Below, piece by piece: positions 29,909 to 39,441 of a stretch of 51,611 nt of DNA; the first letter of the stretch is position 1; each line of letters opens with the position of its first letter. Where the stretch lies: the IMG/VR virus record IMGVR_UViG_3300005580_001063, positions 1-51,611 of that record, one strand, 5' to 3'. The stretch is from a virus. Taxonomy: Duplodnaviria; Caudoviricetes. Under the pieces are notes generated by a model. The model ran no database searches, had not been told where the DNA came from, and saw only the letters and a program-made list of their open reading frames with translations. The position numbers were made by a program, and so were the translations under genes.

Positions 29909-30714
29909 ACTTGATTATATATATCTTTAATTCCATTTTCTAAAGTAATTTTAGGTTGCCAAAAATTCAAAATATATTCATCTGGTTCATTTTTTTTATT
30001 TAATTGAATATCATACGCTTCTCCAATTGAATAAGTTGTATTAGATATTGAGCTTATTATTTTAGCTATATCAATAATTTTAGTCCATTCAAAACTAGTA
30101 ATATGATAGTCTTTATCTCTTGGTAATTCTGAATATTTATTCATTAAAATCTCTAAGCAAGAAGAGCAATCATCTGCATGAAGAAATTGCCTTTCTTCTT
30201 CTCCAGAGGTCTTTATTGATATATGATTATTTTGTTTAGCTGATTTAATAAAATCAGTTATTACATGAAACTTTTTCTCATCTTTTTCTAAACCATATAC
30301 ATTCCAAAATTTAACTAAAATACCATTTAGCATTTGAGTATATTTTTCTCCAATATGTTTTAAAATTCCATAATTTGAATAGCTCATATTTGCCATTTGA
30401 CTAGAAGCGAATATAAATGGCGTTTTGTATTTCTCTAAAGATTCAAAAGTGTAAAGCATAAGCTTCATATTATTGTCCATGAATTCTTTTGTATCTTGAT
30501 ATTTTTTTAGATAAGTAGACCCTCCTACATCAAAAGCTAGAAAAAAAACAAAATCTGTATCTTGTAATAATTTATCCAATATATACCTGTTACGCAAATC
30601 TTCTTCTAGCGATCTTTCTATATCAAATTCTGTTACATTATATTTAATTGATAGATAATTTTTTAAAGCAAATCCAATTTGACCGCTCGACCCCAATACT
30701 AAAACGTTTTTCAT
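29905..30714 (-). CDS. NAD-dependent epimerase/reductase (extended SDR)
   Basis: LGSSGQIG, FLAFDVGG, YGILK and RQFLHADD motifs. Confidence 0.85.
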   Translation of the reverse strand: MKNVLVLGSSGQIGFALKNYLSIKYNVTEFDIERSLEEDLRNRYILDKLLQDTDFVFFLAFDVGGSTYLKKYQDTKEFMDNNMKLMLYTFESLEKYKTPFIFASSQMANMSYSNYGILKHIGEKYTQMLNGILVKFWNVYGLEKDEKKFHVITDFIKSAKQNNHISIKTSGEEERQFLHADDCSSCLEILMNKYSELPRDKDYHITSFEWTKIIDIAKIISSISNTTYSIGEAYDIQLNKKNEPDEYILNFWQPKITLENGIKDIYNQV

Positions 30715-30716
30715 AA

Positions 30717-31382
30717 TTATAAAATTTCTTTTGGAATTAACAAATATTCGTTAAAACCATCAATTTTATCTTTCTTCTTCATGTCCATATCAAAAGCTAA
30801 ATAATTCATATCAAAAAATTTATTAAAATCAAACCCACCATTAGATACTTTTTTAAATCCTGGAAAATTATCATAGACACATTGAATACCATGTTCATAA
30901 GTATCGTGAGTGGATAATTGAAAGATTGGCCTATGCTGGACTATTATATCAATGCAAACTTTTAAAGCTAAAGTTTCCATGCCTTCTATATCCATTTTAA
31001 TCAATTTAGGAAATGGTAAATTATTTTCTTCAATAATTTTAGGAAGAGTGCGATATGTAATATTTTGCGCAATATGCTCGCTAACAGGAGAGCAGTCGTT
31101 AAATCTGGTGATTATATTATCTTGATTGATTTCGTGTAATGCCAAGTTTATTGTTTTAATATTTGGATATTCTTTAGTATTTTCAACTAATATTTTAAAA
31201 TTAATTGGCGATCCTTCTATTGCTATAACATCGAATCCCATTTTAGCAAAATTCACACTCAGTACTCCTTTGTACGCTCCTATGTCATAAACAACATCTT
31301 TTCTTTTTAAGAAACGATTATATATATTAGTATTAAATGATAATATTTGCGTGTCATAATCTTGCTTAGATATATCTAGCAT
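30717..31382 (-). CDS. FkbM-family methyltransferase
   Basis: YDIGAYKG and IKMDIEGME motifs. Confidence 0.85.
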   Translation of the reverse strand: MLDISKQDYDTQILSFNTNIYNRFLKRKDVVYDIGAYKGVLSVNFAKMGFDVIAIEGSPINFKILVENTKEYPNIKTINLALHEINQDNIITRFNDCSPVSEHIAQNITYRTLPKIIEENNLPFPKLIKMDIEGMETLALKVCIDIIVQHRPIFQLSTHDTYEHGIQCVYDNFPGFKKVSNGGFDFNKFFDMNYLAFDMDMKKKDKIDGFNEYLLIPKEIL

Positions 31383-31385
31383 AAA

Positions 31386-32039
31386 TTACAAAATTTTAAA
31401 AATTTTATGTACGTGAGGAAACTCGTTTCCTATTGAAAATATTTGCTCTGTCTTAATATTATATTTTTCTGTTAATTCTTTATGTGCCCTTGATTCTCCA
31501 CTAGAATTATTTTCAAAACCTATACTGCCACCCCAATCATCATAAAATATTGTCGTTACTCCATTCTCGTACAGTTTATTTTTAAAAATAAAATCTAAGA
31601 CAGTGTAGGCTGATGAATATAGATCAACATCTATATCTAAAATCAAAGCTTTTCTCAAATTATGTTTCTTAAGTAAATCATCATTTAATACATTATTATA
31701 ATATCCAATTATAGGAATATAACTCTCATTATTAATAAAATTTTCTATGAATTCACTAGCCTCTTCTGGTGAGTCTGTGTTAGTTTCTTTTCTAGAATCA
31801 AAATTTCCTTTCGACCAAGACTCTTGCCATAAAGGTTCTGTGTCGTCAAATGGAAGCCCTTCGAAAGAATCAAAACCATAGATTTTATTAAATTTGCTAT
31901 TTGGAATATAATGCAAAAATTCTTTTACTGATCTTCCAGAACAAACCCCAAATTCATATATGTCAAAATCTTGAGTATTATTAAATCCAACATTTTTTAA
32001 AAAAATACTACGCCAAGTTTGATATTTGCAATCACTCAT
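31386..32039 (-). CDS. TylF/MycF-like O-methyltransferase
   Basis: EFGVCSG, GFDSFEGLP, DVDLYSS and FYDDW motifs. Confidence 0.8.
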   Translation of the reverse strand: MSDCKYQTWRSIFLKNVGFNNTQDFDIYEFGVCSGRSVKEFLHYIPNSKFNKIYGFDSFEGLPFDDTEPLWQESWSKGNFDSRKETNTDSPEEASEFIENFINNESYIPIIGYYNNVLNDDLLKKHNLRKALILDIDVDLYSSAYTVLDFIFKNKLYENGVTTIFYDDWGGSIGFENNSSGESRAHKELTEKYNIKTEQIFSIGNEFPHVHKIFKIL

Positions 32040-32857
32040 AATTTAGTAAAGCAATTGTCGTACATCCATTTATCTGGGGATGCAAATTTCTCAAATTTTT
32101 CATAATTTTCTTTGATATATGGCATTTTATTATAATAGTCTTCTGGACCAATAATTTCAAGTATTTTGATTAAATCTTCTATTGTATTCCATGTATGGAA
32201 TCCATTTTTATTAAAATGTTCGCTAATATTTGGATCCCCCCAATAAATTGGAATACATCCACTAGCAAAGCAGTCTATAATTTTATCTGTAAAGTAATTT
32301 GGATATTGGCAATTTTCTATAACAATAACGTACATATAGTCTTTAAATGGTTTAATTCTATCTTCTGGTTTATCGCTAAACCAATTATATCCACTGCCCC
32401 ATAATTCTAAATCTTTGTGCAATTTCTTGGCAATAATTTCATGTCTAAGTTTATGTCCAGGAGCATGGTTTTTGTTGGATGCAACTATGGATAATAGTTT
32501 GCTTTTATCATATATTTTGCAATTTTCTTTTACTATCCAGCATGCACCAAAATAAGCCTGTTTATATTTTGGATTATCTTTTGGTGGATTATACATATAA
32601 ATATAATCAAATTTATGTTCAACTCTTTTAATATAAGATTCCACATATGGTTTAATTACTGGGCTTTCTAACGCCCATGCTATTTTGTATTTTGATTTTA
32701 TATCATCAACAACTTCATGAAAACACATTTCATCTGTGAATAACGAAATGCCATCAAATTCTTTAACTGGGGAAATATATTCAACTTCTGGAAATGGCCA
32801 GTGATTATTAAAATATGGGGCAATACCTTTGTTAACATCTACTAAATTTATTTTCAT
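32036..32857 (-). CDS. GT10 (alpha-1,3-fucosyltransferase-like) glycosyltransferase
   Basis: YxxVIEN..NYFTDKIIDCF..GCIPIYWG fucosyltransferase motif. Confidence 0.85.
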   Translation of the reverse strand: MKINLVDVNKGIAPYFNNHWPFPEVEYISPVKEFDGISLFTDEMCFHEVVDDIKSKYKIAWALESPVIKPYVESYIKRVEHKFDYIYMYNPPKDNPKYKQAYFGACWIVKENCKIYDKSKLLSIVASNKNHAPGHKLRHEIIAKKLHKDLELWGSGYNWFSDKPEDRIKPFKDYMYVIVIENCQYPNYFTDKIIDCFASGCIPIYWGDPNISEHFNKNGFHTWNTIEDLIKILEIIGPEDYYNKMPYIKENYEKFEKFASPDKWMYDNCFTKL

Positions 32858-33411
32858 GAATTTTTAAAAATTACTAAAAGTCCTCTTTGACATCTTTCTC
32901 CAACTAAAGAATTTTTATTAAAAAGATAATGATGTATATTTCTTTTTTTACAAATTTCATATATCTCTCTTAAATTAACAAAAGATTCTTCAACAATATT
33001 AATATCATGATAAATTAATATCCCTTTGTCATTAAGAAGATTTTCGTAAACATGTTCAAACCATTGATTTGTTCTATTATGGTCTGCGTCACTCATAATA
33101 AAATCAAATTTCTCTTTTGTAGAGAAAACAAATTCTTTTTCATCCATAGTGACAATCTCTGCTTTTTTGCCGTATATTTCCATAACATTTTGTGGAATTT
33201 CATGATTCCAATCTAACCAATTATCTACTATTTTAAATTTTGGATTGTTTTTATTAAACTCAATTCCAGCTAAAATTGCATCACAACTTCTGCCTCCTCC
33301 AAGACCTAGTTCTAAAATACTAGATGGTTTTTGACTAAGAATTAAACCCACAATTAAATGAGCGTGAACTACGTCTATTTTTACTCCTTCATTGCTTCTA
33401 AAGTCTTGCAT
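32854..33411 (-). CDS. Class I SAM methyltransferase (Methyltransf_24-like)
   Basis: ILELGLGGG, FDFIMSDADH and LIYHD motifs. Confidence 0.75.
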   Translation of the reverse strand: MQDFRSNEGVKIDVVHAHLIVGLILSQKPSSILELGLGGGRSCDAILAGIEFNKNNPKFKIVDNWLDWNHEIPQNVMEIYGKKAEIVTMDEKEFVFSTKEKFDFIMSDADHNRTNQWFEHVYENLLNDKGILIYHDINIVEESFVNLREIYEICKKRNIHHYLFNKNSLVGERCQRGLLVIFKNS

Positions 33412-33416
33412 GTTTT

Positions 33417-34118
33417 TTATCTTTCGTATAAAGCTTGATAATCTTCTTTCATTGTTTCTTGTTTGTTTCCATTACCATATTTACATGGTCCTGCATAATG
33501 AATGAAATTTGACTTATATCTTTCGTTATTCAAATCATAATTACCCAAATCCATTCGATTGAATTTATAGTCGATACTTTCAAATGGAATACCGTTTTTA
33601 GCTACCCAATAGTTAACTATTGTTTGTTCTCCAAAATACCATATATCTGGCCATTCTGGAATATCATTTAATCTAAATGAATTTTTGCACTGCTCTAATA
33701 AATTTTTAGAAAAAAGAAGAACTCCAGCATTGAAGTATTGTTTTTTATTTTTAATATTTTGTGGCCATTTTACATTAGACAAATTTTCATATATATATTT
33801 ATCCCTATCCATCCATTCTGGATGATCATTTTCATCATATGCATATAATATGTCATTATTATTATATTTATCGAATATATTTTCTGCATTTGGTGTCGCC
33901 ATTATATCCGCATCAAGATACAAAACTCTATCTATACCAGAATTCAATAAAGAAAAAAGTTGATATTTTTCAAACATTATATGTGGACCATTAACGACTA
34001 TTTGATCTGATACGTAATGTTCGATGCCGTATTTTTGGCAATATTTACCAATACTTTTAATACAATATTCTTGCCCATTGGATGGGCCAATTAAAAATTG
34101 AAATACTGCGGTTCTCAT
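33417..34118 (-). CDS. GT8-like glycosyltransferase
   Basis: LYLDAD, YFNAGV, EQT.VN and FIHYAG motifs. Confidence 0.85.
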   Translation of the reverse strand: MRTAVFQFLIGPSNGQEYCIKSIGKYCQKYGIEHYVSDQIVVNGPHIMFEKYQLFSLLNSGIDRVLYLDADIMATPNAENIFDKYNNNDILYAYDENDHPEWMDRDKYIYENLSNVKWPQNIKNKKQYFNAGVLLFSKNLLEQCKNSFRLNDIPEWPDIWYFGEQTIVNYWVAKNGIPFESIDYKFNRMDLGNYDLNNERYKSNFIHYAGPCKYGNGNKQETMKEDYQALYER

Positions 34119-35110
34119 TTTATTACGTTATGTATTATATACTCTGCAAGGGATTTTGACGATAAATTTTCACATTCCCTCTTGCATGATAAAGATTTAT
34201 TCTCTCCACCAAAACTTTGAAGAAAATATGATGGGCAATGTTTCCTACATTCTAAGTGCAAGTGTTCTGGAAAAAATGCATTACCTAATTTAAAGAATTC
34301 TACCTTGTTAATTAAGCATGCTTGAAACAAGACTACTGGTTTATTTCTTATATTAAAAGCGTGATGAATGCCTCCATCGCTCATAATTCCAAAATCCATA
34401 AAGTCAACATTTTTTATTAAAGTAAAAATATTACCATCATCTTCAAAATGATGATCTCCAAGTCCAAAATTCTCTTTAGAAAATTCAAATATTTTTATTT
34501 TATTATTTAGATTTTTCATTGTAGATACGAGTTCCTTCCAAGATTCTAATCCTTTCATACCATTAAATCGAAAACCTTTTCCATCGCAGTCTGGATGAGG
34601 ATTAGCCTTGCCAGAAAGTTTAGTGGTAGGAACTATTCCAATATTAATAAAATTCGTAGCATTATGATTGCTTTCAATATCTAAAGATCCTAGGAAATTA
34701 ATATCTTTATTAAATAATAGATGCTCTAGTCTCAATTGCAAAAGATAATTTACTGTTATAATATTTGCAGTAGGATGATCTTCCAACATCTTAAAATGCT
34801 CTTTCCAAAAAGAAAATACTTTAGGGTGCCAATCTGGATATATTACTTTAATGTTTTCTTCTTGCTGCTCTGAAAATGCATATTGTTGAAAATTTAAATA
34901 TCGCTCTTCTTCATTTGGTTCTCTGACTATATCTACATGACTATCTAATTTAAATAAATCAATTAAAAATCCATAAGTAATTATTTCTAATTCTGAGTTT
35001 GGGTAAATTTTTTTTAAAATTTTTGGAACAAATGTACACACTAAGCTATCACCAAGATTATTAGGAAATATCCATCTTGGAAAATAAAATTTTATTTTAG
35101 ATTGGCTCAT
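34115..35110 (-). CDS. GT9-like glycosyltransferase
   Basis: LGDSL..PKILKKIYP and SDGGIHH..KPVVLF motifs. Confidence 0.7.
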   Translation of the reverse strand: MSQSKIKFYFPRWIFPNNLGDSLVCTFVPKILKKIYPNSELEIITYGFLIDLFKLDSHVDIVREPNEEERYLNFQQYAFSEQQEENIKVIYPDWHPKVFSFWKEHFKMLEDHPTANIITVNYLLQLRLEHLLFNKDINFLGSLDIESNHNATNFINIGIVPTTKLSGKANPHPDCDGKGFRFNGMKGLESWKELVSTMKNLNNKIKIFEFSKENFGLGDHHFEDDGNIFTLIKNVDFMDFGIMSDGGIHHAFNIRNKPVVLFQACLINKVEFFKLGNAFFPEHLHLECRKHCPSYFLQSFGGENKSLSCKRECENLSSKSLAEYIIHNVIK

Positions 35111-35828
35111 AAGGATTTTTGGATCTTATTTCTGACTCACAAAGAAATTGTTGAAATTTTCCTCCTCCAGCGCTTTCATTTTTAAATTCATTATAAGGGC
35201 TTTCATCATTATAAATATAAAGCACTTCTGATATAAATTCATAGTGATTGCTTCCAGCCATCTCTGCCATTGGAAATGAGTACGCTAAGTCTGGTGCGCT
35301 TGTAATTGGATTTCCAAATTGATGATTAAAATCTTCTGGATTTATTTTTTTCCATAAATGAGCCTTCCACGTTCTCAAGTGAGAAAATCGGAAGGGTTGT
35401 TTTCTGATTTGAGAATAATCAACTTTATTAGAGAAACCAATTTTACCATCTTTATATACAAAGCTTCCATTCGTCAGCCATAAGTTAGGATTATTTTTGT
35501 ATTTATTATTTATGAAATTTAAGACATCATTATTTGAAAATTGATCATCTCCATCTAATTCGACTATAATATCTTCATCATCTATTTCTGATTCGTTTCT
35601 TATTAAATCATCAATATTTTTTAATTTAAATTTTTTATCTTTATTTACTATAAGTTGAAATCTGTTGTCATTTTCTATTAAAGACTTTATTTTTTCAATT
35701 GTGTCGTCTGTAGATACGTCGTCTAATAAATATACTTTAAAATCTTTGAACGTTTGATTTTTTACTGAATTTATAGATTCTTCAATATATTTTGAAGCAT
35801 TCCAAAAACAAGAAATTATTTTAATCAT
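35097..35828 (-). CDS. GT2 glycosyltransferase
   Basis: YIEESINSVKNQT, DDVSTD and ELDGDD motifs. Confidence 0.85.
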   Translation of the reverse strand: MIKIISCFWNASKYIEESINSVKNQTFKDFKVYLLDDVSTDDTIEKIKSLIENDNRFQLIVNKDKKFKLKNIDDLIRNESEIDDEDIIVELDGDDQFSNNDVLNFINNKYKNNPNLWLTNGSFVYKDGKIGFSNKVDYSQIRKQPFRFSHLRTWKAHLWKKINPEDFNHQFGNPITSAPDLAYSFPMAEMAGSNHYEFISEVLYIYNDESPYNEFKNESAGGGKFQQFLCESEIRSKNPYEPI

Positions 35829-36678
35829 CTATGACTTCCCAAAACTTTTTGGAAGCATTTTTACAATTTTCTTTAAATTTTTCCTGACCCACTTTGGACA
35901 TTTCAATTAAAGATCCAATTATATTAGGAGAATTTGATATCATTTTCATTCCACACATTGAAGCTTCTGCGACTGATCTACAAAAGGGTTCTGGAATAAC
36001 TGGACTATAATAAACAATATCGTATTGATTATATACTTTATGCATATTTTCATAAGGAATTGGCCCAAGATATTCTATGTTTGGTATATTTCTAGCAAGA
36101 AAATCAAAAGTTTTTTGTCCCCATCCAGCTATTACAAATTTCATTTCTGGGTGCGCTAATACGAATTCAAAAAATGCAAATGTTCCTTTTAATTCATGCA
36201 TATAACCAACATATAAAACTTTATCTTCTCTTTTCCGCTCTTCATCTTTAAATAAATCTGTATCTATTGGATCATATACTATATGAACTCCATTAAAAAT
36301 ATCTCCATACATTTTTATAAATATTTCGTGATGAAAATCAGTTAAAAATATTGTTTTTTTACATGATTTAAAAAGTTTTTCTCTATGTTCTTTCGATAAA
36401 TATCTATTTGAATCATGCTCTAATCTAATATGATTTTTATGTTTTGCTATTTTATTTATGATACTATTATCTGAACCGTATATTGCTTCTAAATTAGATG
36501 AAATTAATATATCATATTGATCAAAATCTTCAATTTTAAAATTGAAATTATAATTTGCTTCAAGTATTGAATAGCCCAGCTCTCTTCCTTTTTGGATAAT
36601 TATATCATTGCTTCTTTGTGCTCCTCCTGGAGCATGTGATAAATTATAATCTGAAATAAAAAGTATTTTTTTGCTCAT
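35821..36678 (-). CDS. GT4 glycosyltransferase
   Basis: GGAQRS, YVG...LKG and EPFCRSVAEA motifs. Confidence 0.85.
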   Translation of the reverse strand: MSKKILFISDYNLSHAPGGAQRSNDIIIQKGRELGYSILEANYNFNFKIEDFDQYDILISSNLEAIYGSDNSIINKIAKHKNHIRLEHDSNRYLSKEHREKLFKSCKKTIFLTDFHHEIFIKMYGDIFNGVHIVYDPIDTDLFKDEERKREDKVLYVGYMHELKGTFAFFEFVLAHPEMKFVIAGWGQKTFDFLARNIPNIEYLGPIPYENMHKVYNQYDIVYYSPVIPEPFCRSVAEASMCGMKMISNSPNIIGSLIEMSKVGQEKFKENCKNASKKFWEVIDD

Positions 36679-36689
36679 TACTATAGATA

Positions 36690-36757
36690 ATAGTAACTTA
36701 TTATTATAAGAATGTCAATTAATTTTATTTGACAAAATATATTTATTGCCTTAATAT
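36690..36757. promoter_or_regulatory. Divergent sigma70 promoter pair
   Basis: Minus strand: TTGACA(36718-36713)-N17-TACTAT toward the glycan operon. Plus strand: TTGACA(36729)-N17-TAATAT(36752) toward the structured RNA. Confidence 0.75.
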
Positions 36758-36763
36758 AGTACG

Positions 36764-37100
36764 ACATCTCGCTGAAAAGCGAAAAGGTTCGCCGTACTCC
36801 TTAAAATGGTGAGTTAGATTAGTTCTTAACGTCAGGCAACGCTACTAGCTTGCGACCTGAGAAACCAGAAGCAATTCTGGGAGTGTAGGTGAAAGAGCTA
36901 ACACGCGATGGATGATCCTACCGACATCCGATAAGTGTTAGGGGCCGAAAGGCTTATGGACTCAATTGGGAAATTGAACTAACGGCTCAAGCATGCTTGT
37001 GGTAAAACACAGAGAAAGCTATGCTTTGTAGGAGCTCATTGGGAAATATTTATTAAGAACAGATATAAGACCAGTACACTTCTTTAACAAGATATGAAGT
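36764..37100 (+). ncRNA. Unassigned large structured RNA or structured 5' leader of nrdAB
   Basis: GC-enriched island with no ORF of 60 aa or more, its own promoter, about ten helices, four GNRA-capped hairpins and a candidate pseudoknot (see findings). Confidence 0.75.
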
Positions 37101-37178
37101 TATTAACACTAATTTGGTTATTTTTCTTTTATAAAAATTAAAAATGCTGTAAACTACTCTTTACATCACAAACAAAAA

Positions 37179-39437
37179 ATGAGCAAAAATTTTACTATTA
37201 AGAAAAGAAACGGTGCAACTGAAAAGTTTGATGTAGAAAAAATTAATAAAGTAATACATTGGGCAATTGATGGTTATAGCGGGGTTAGTTTGACGGATAT
37301 TGAAATTAACGCTAAAATAAACATACATGATGGCATAACAAGTAAAGAGATACACAACTTATTGATTGAAAGCGCAGCAAACCTTATTTCTATTGAAAAA
37401 CCAAATTATCAATTTGTTGCTGGAAGACTTCTAAATTATCAATTAAGAAAAGACGTTTGGAAGGGTAAGCATGCTCCAAGATTATCAGAGTTTTTAAATC
37501 AAAGCATTAAGAATAAAATTTATGATCCTATAATTTTAGAAAATTATTCAGAAGATGAGATAAATAAAATTGGTGAATTCATTGATCACGAAAGAGATTT
37601 CATTTTTACATATGCTGGCATAAAACAGCTTTGCGATAAATATTTAATTAAGAATAGAACCACAAATCAAATTCATGAAACTCCACAATTTGCCTATATA
37701 TTAATAGCTGCATATTCTTTTGCTAAATATCCTGCAGAAATTAGACTTTCTTATGTTAGAAAATTTTATGATGCTATTAGTAAGCATAAGATTAATCTCC
37801 CAACTCCAATAATGGCTGGAGTCAGAACCAGCAGTAGAAATTACGCTAGTTGCTGTCTAATAGGAGTTGACGATACCAAAGAAAGTATTACAGCTAGTGC
37901 AACTGCCGTAAGTATGGCAACAGCCAATAGATGTGGAATTGGAATAGATGTAAGTAAAATTAGAGCAGTTGGATCACCAATAAAGAATGGAGAAGTAGTG
38001 CACACTGGTTTAATTCCATTTTTAAAGATTTACGAAAGTAGTGTTAAAGCTTGGCAACAGAACGGATTAAGAGGAGGAAGTGCTACCTGCAATATTCAAT
38101 GGTGGCATTATGAAATTGAAGATATAATAGTATTGAAGAACAACGCTGGCACAGATGATAACAGAGTTCGAAAATTAGATTATACCATTGGGATGAGTAA
38201 GCTATTTTATGATAGAGTTTTAAAAGATGAAGATATTATTTTATTTAACAATGCTGAAGTTCCAGAGTTATATGAAGCATGGGGAACTAAAGACTTCGAT
38301 AAAGTATATAAAGAATGTGAATCTAAAAAATTAAAAATTAAAAAGAAAATCTCTGCCCGTAAATTGTTTTCTCTTATAATAAAAGAACGAGTTGAAACTG
38401 GACGTATTTATATACTTAATGTTGATCATGCAAATAATCATGGTGCTTGGCTAGACAAAGTTACAATGAGCAACCTTTGTACTGAGGTCATTCATCCGAC
38501 TATTCCATTAAATGATTATCATGATAAAAATGGCGAAATTGGGATGTGTATTCTTTCGGCAGTGAATATGCTAGAAATTAAAAACTGGCTAGATCTTGAA
38601 AAGACCTGCGATCTTATCGTAAGATTTCTTGATGAAATCATAGACATTCAAGATTACTTTAATATCGCTGCTGAAAATTTTGCTAAAAAACGTAGAAGCC
38701 TTGGCGTAGGAATAACTAATCTTGCGGCTTTTCTTGCTAAAAATGAATTAAAATATAGTTCAGATAAGTCATTAGTAGTTATTGATGAGTGGATGGAGCA
38801 TTTTCAGTATTATCTTTTAAAGAGCAGTCTTGAATTAGCTAAAGAAAAAGGCAAGTGTGAAAAATTTGAAAGTACAAAATACTCTAAAGGCATATTGCCA
38901 ATAGACACATATAAAGATAAAGTAGATGAATTAGTTAAAAGAAAACTAACACTTGATTGGGAGAAATTAAGAAAAGATGTAAAAGAATTTGGACTTAGAC
39001 ATTCTACGTTATCTTCTTGTATGCCTTGTGAAAGTAGTTCGGTAATTCAATGCTCAACTAATGGAGTTGAACCTATCCGTAGTCTTATGACTTACAAAAC
39101 TAGTAAAATGGGTAAACTTCCAGTCATGGTTCCAGGAATTGGAAAATACCATGATAATTATGAATTAGCTTATGATCTCAAAGACAATATTGGATTATTA
39201 AAAATTAACGCTGTTATTCAAAAATACATTGACATGGCTATATCAACTAATGTATACTACAATTATAATCATTATGAAGATAATATACTACCAGATTCCA
39301 AAGTCATGAAAGAGATAATGTATGCATATAGCCTTGGATTGATAAGCTTATATTATAACAATACAGATGATGGAGACAAAGAACAATCTATGACGCAAAA
39401 AGAAGATGATTGCGCTAGCGGAGCGTGTAAACTATAA
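37179..39437 (+). CDS. nrdA: Ribonucleotide reductase class Ia alpha subunit with ATP cone
   Basis: IKKRNG cone, ETPQF, PTP, SCC, SNLCTE and C-terminal CASGAC motifs. Confidence 0.97.
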   Translation: MSKNFTIKKRNGATEKFDVEKINKVIHWAIDGYSGVSLTDIEINAKINIHDGITSKEIHNLLIESAANLISIEKPNYQFVAGRLLNYQLRKDVWKGKHAPRLSEFLNQSIKNKIYDPIILENYSEDEINKIGEFIDHERDFIFTYAGIKQLCDKYLIKNRTTNQIHETPQFAYILIAAYSFAKYPAEIRLSYVRKFYDAISKHKINLPTPIMAGVRTSSRNYASCCLIGVDDTKESITASATAVSMATANRCGIGIDVSKIRAVGSPIKNGEVVHTGLIPFLKIYESSVKAWQQNGLRGGSATCNIQWWHYEIEDIIVLKNNAGTDDNRVRKLDYTIGMSKLFYDRVLKDEDIILFNNAEVPELYEAWGTKDFDKVYKECESKKLKIKKKISARKLFSLIIKERVETGRIYILNVDHANNHGAWLDKVTMSNLCTEVIHPTIPLNDYHDKNGEIGMCILSAVNMLEIKNWLDLEKTCDLIVRFLDEIIDIQDYFNIAAENFAKKRRSLGVGITNLAAFLAKNELKYSSDKSLVVIDEWMEHFQYYLLKSSLELAKEKGKCEKFESTKYSKGILPIDTYKDKVDELVKRKLTLDWEKLRKDVKEFGLRHSTLSSCMPCESSSVIQCSTNGVEPIRSLMTYKTSKMGKLPVMVPGIGKYHDNYELAYDLKDNIGLLKINAVIQKYIDMAISTNVYYNYNHYEDNILPDSKVMKEIMYAYSLGLISLYYNNTDDGDKEQSMTQKEDDCASGACKL

Positions 39438-39441
39438 CTCT

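Noticed and set aside
36764-37100. RNase P RNA, tmRNA, group I/II intron or cobalamin riboswitch identity
   Set aside because: No GAGGAAAGUCC/P4 pairing, no tRNA-like GGGG...CCA ends, no convincing P7 or domain V, no interrupted gene and no clear B12 box. Only superficial fragments match (GGTGAAAG, AGATATAAGACC). An Rfam search is still needed.
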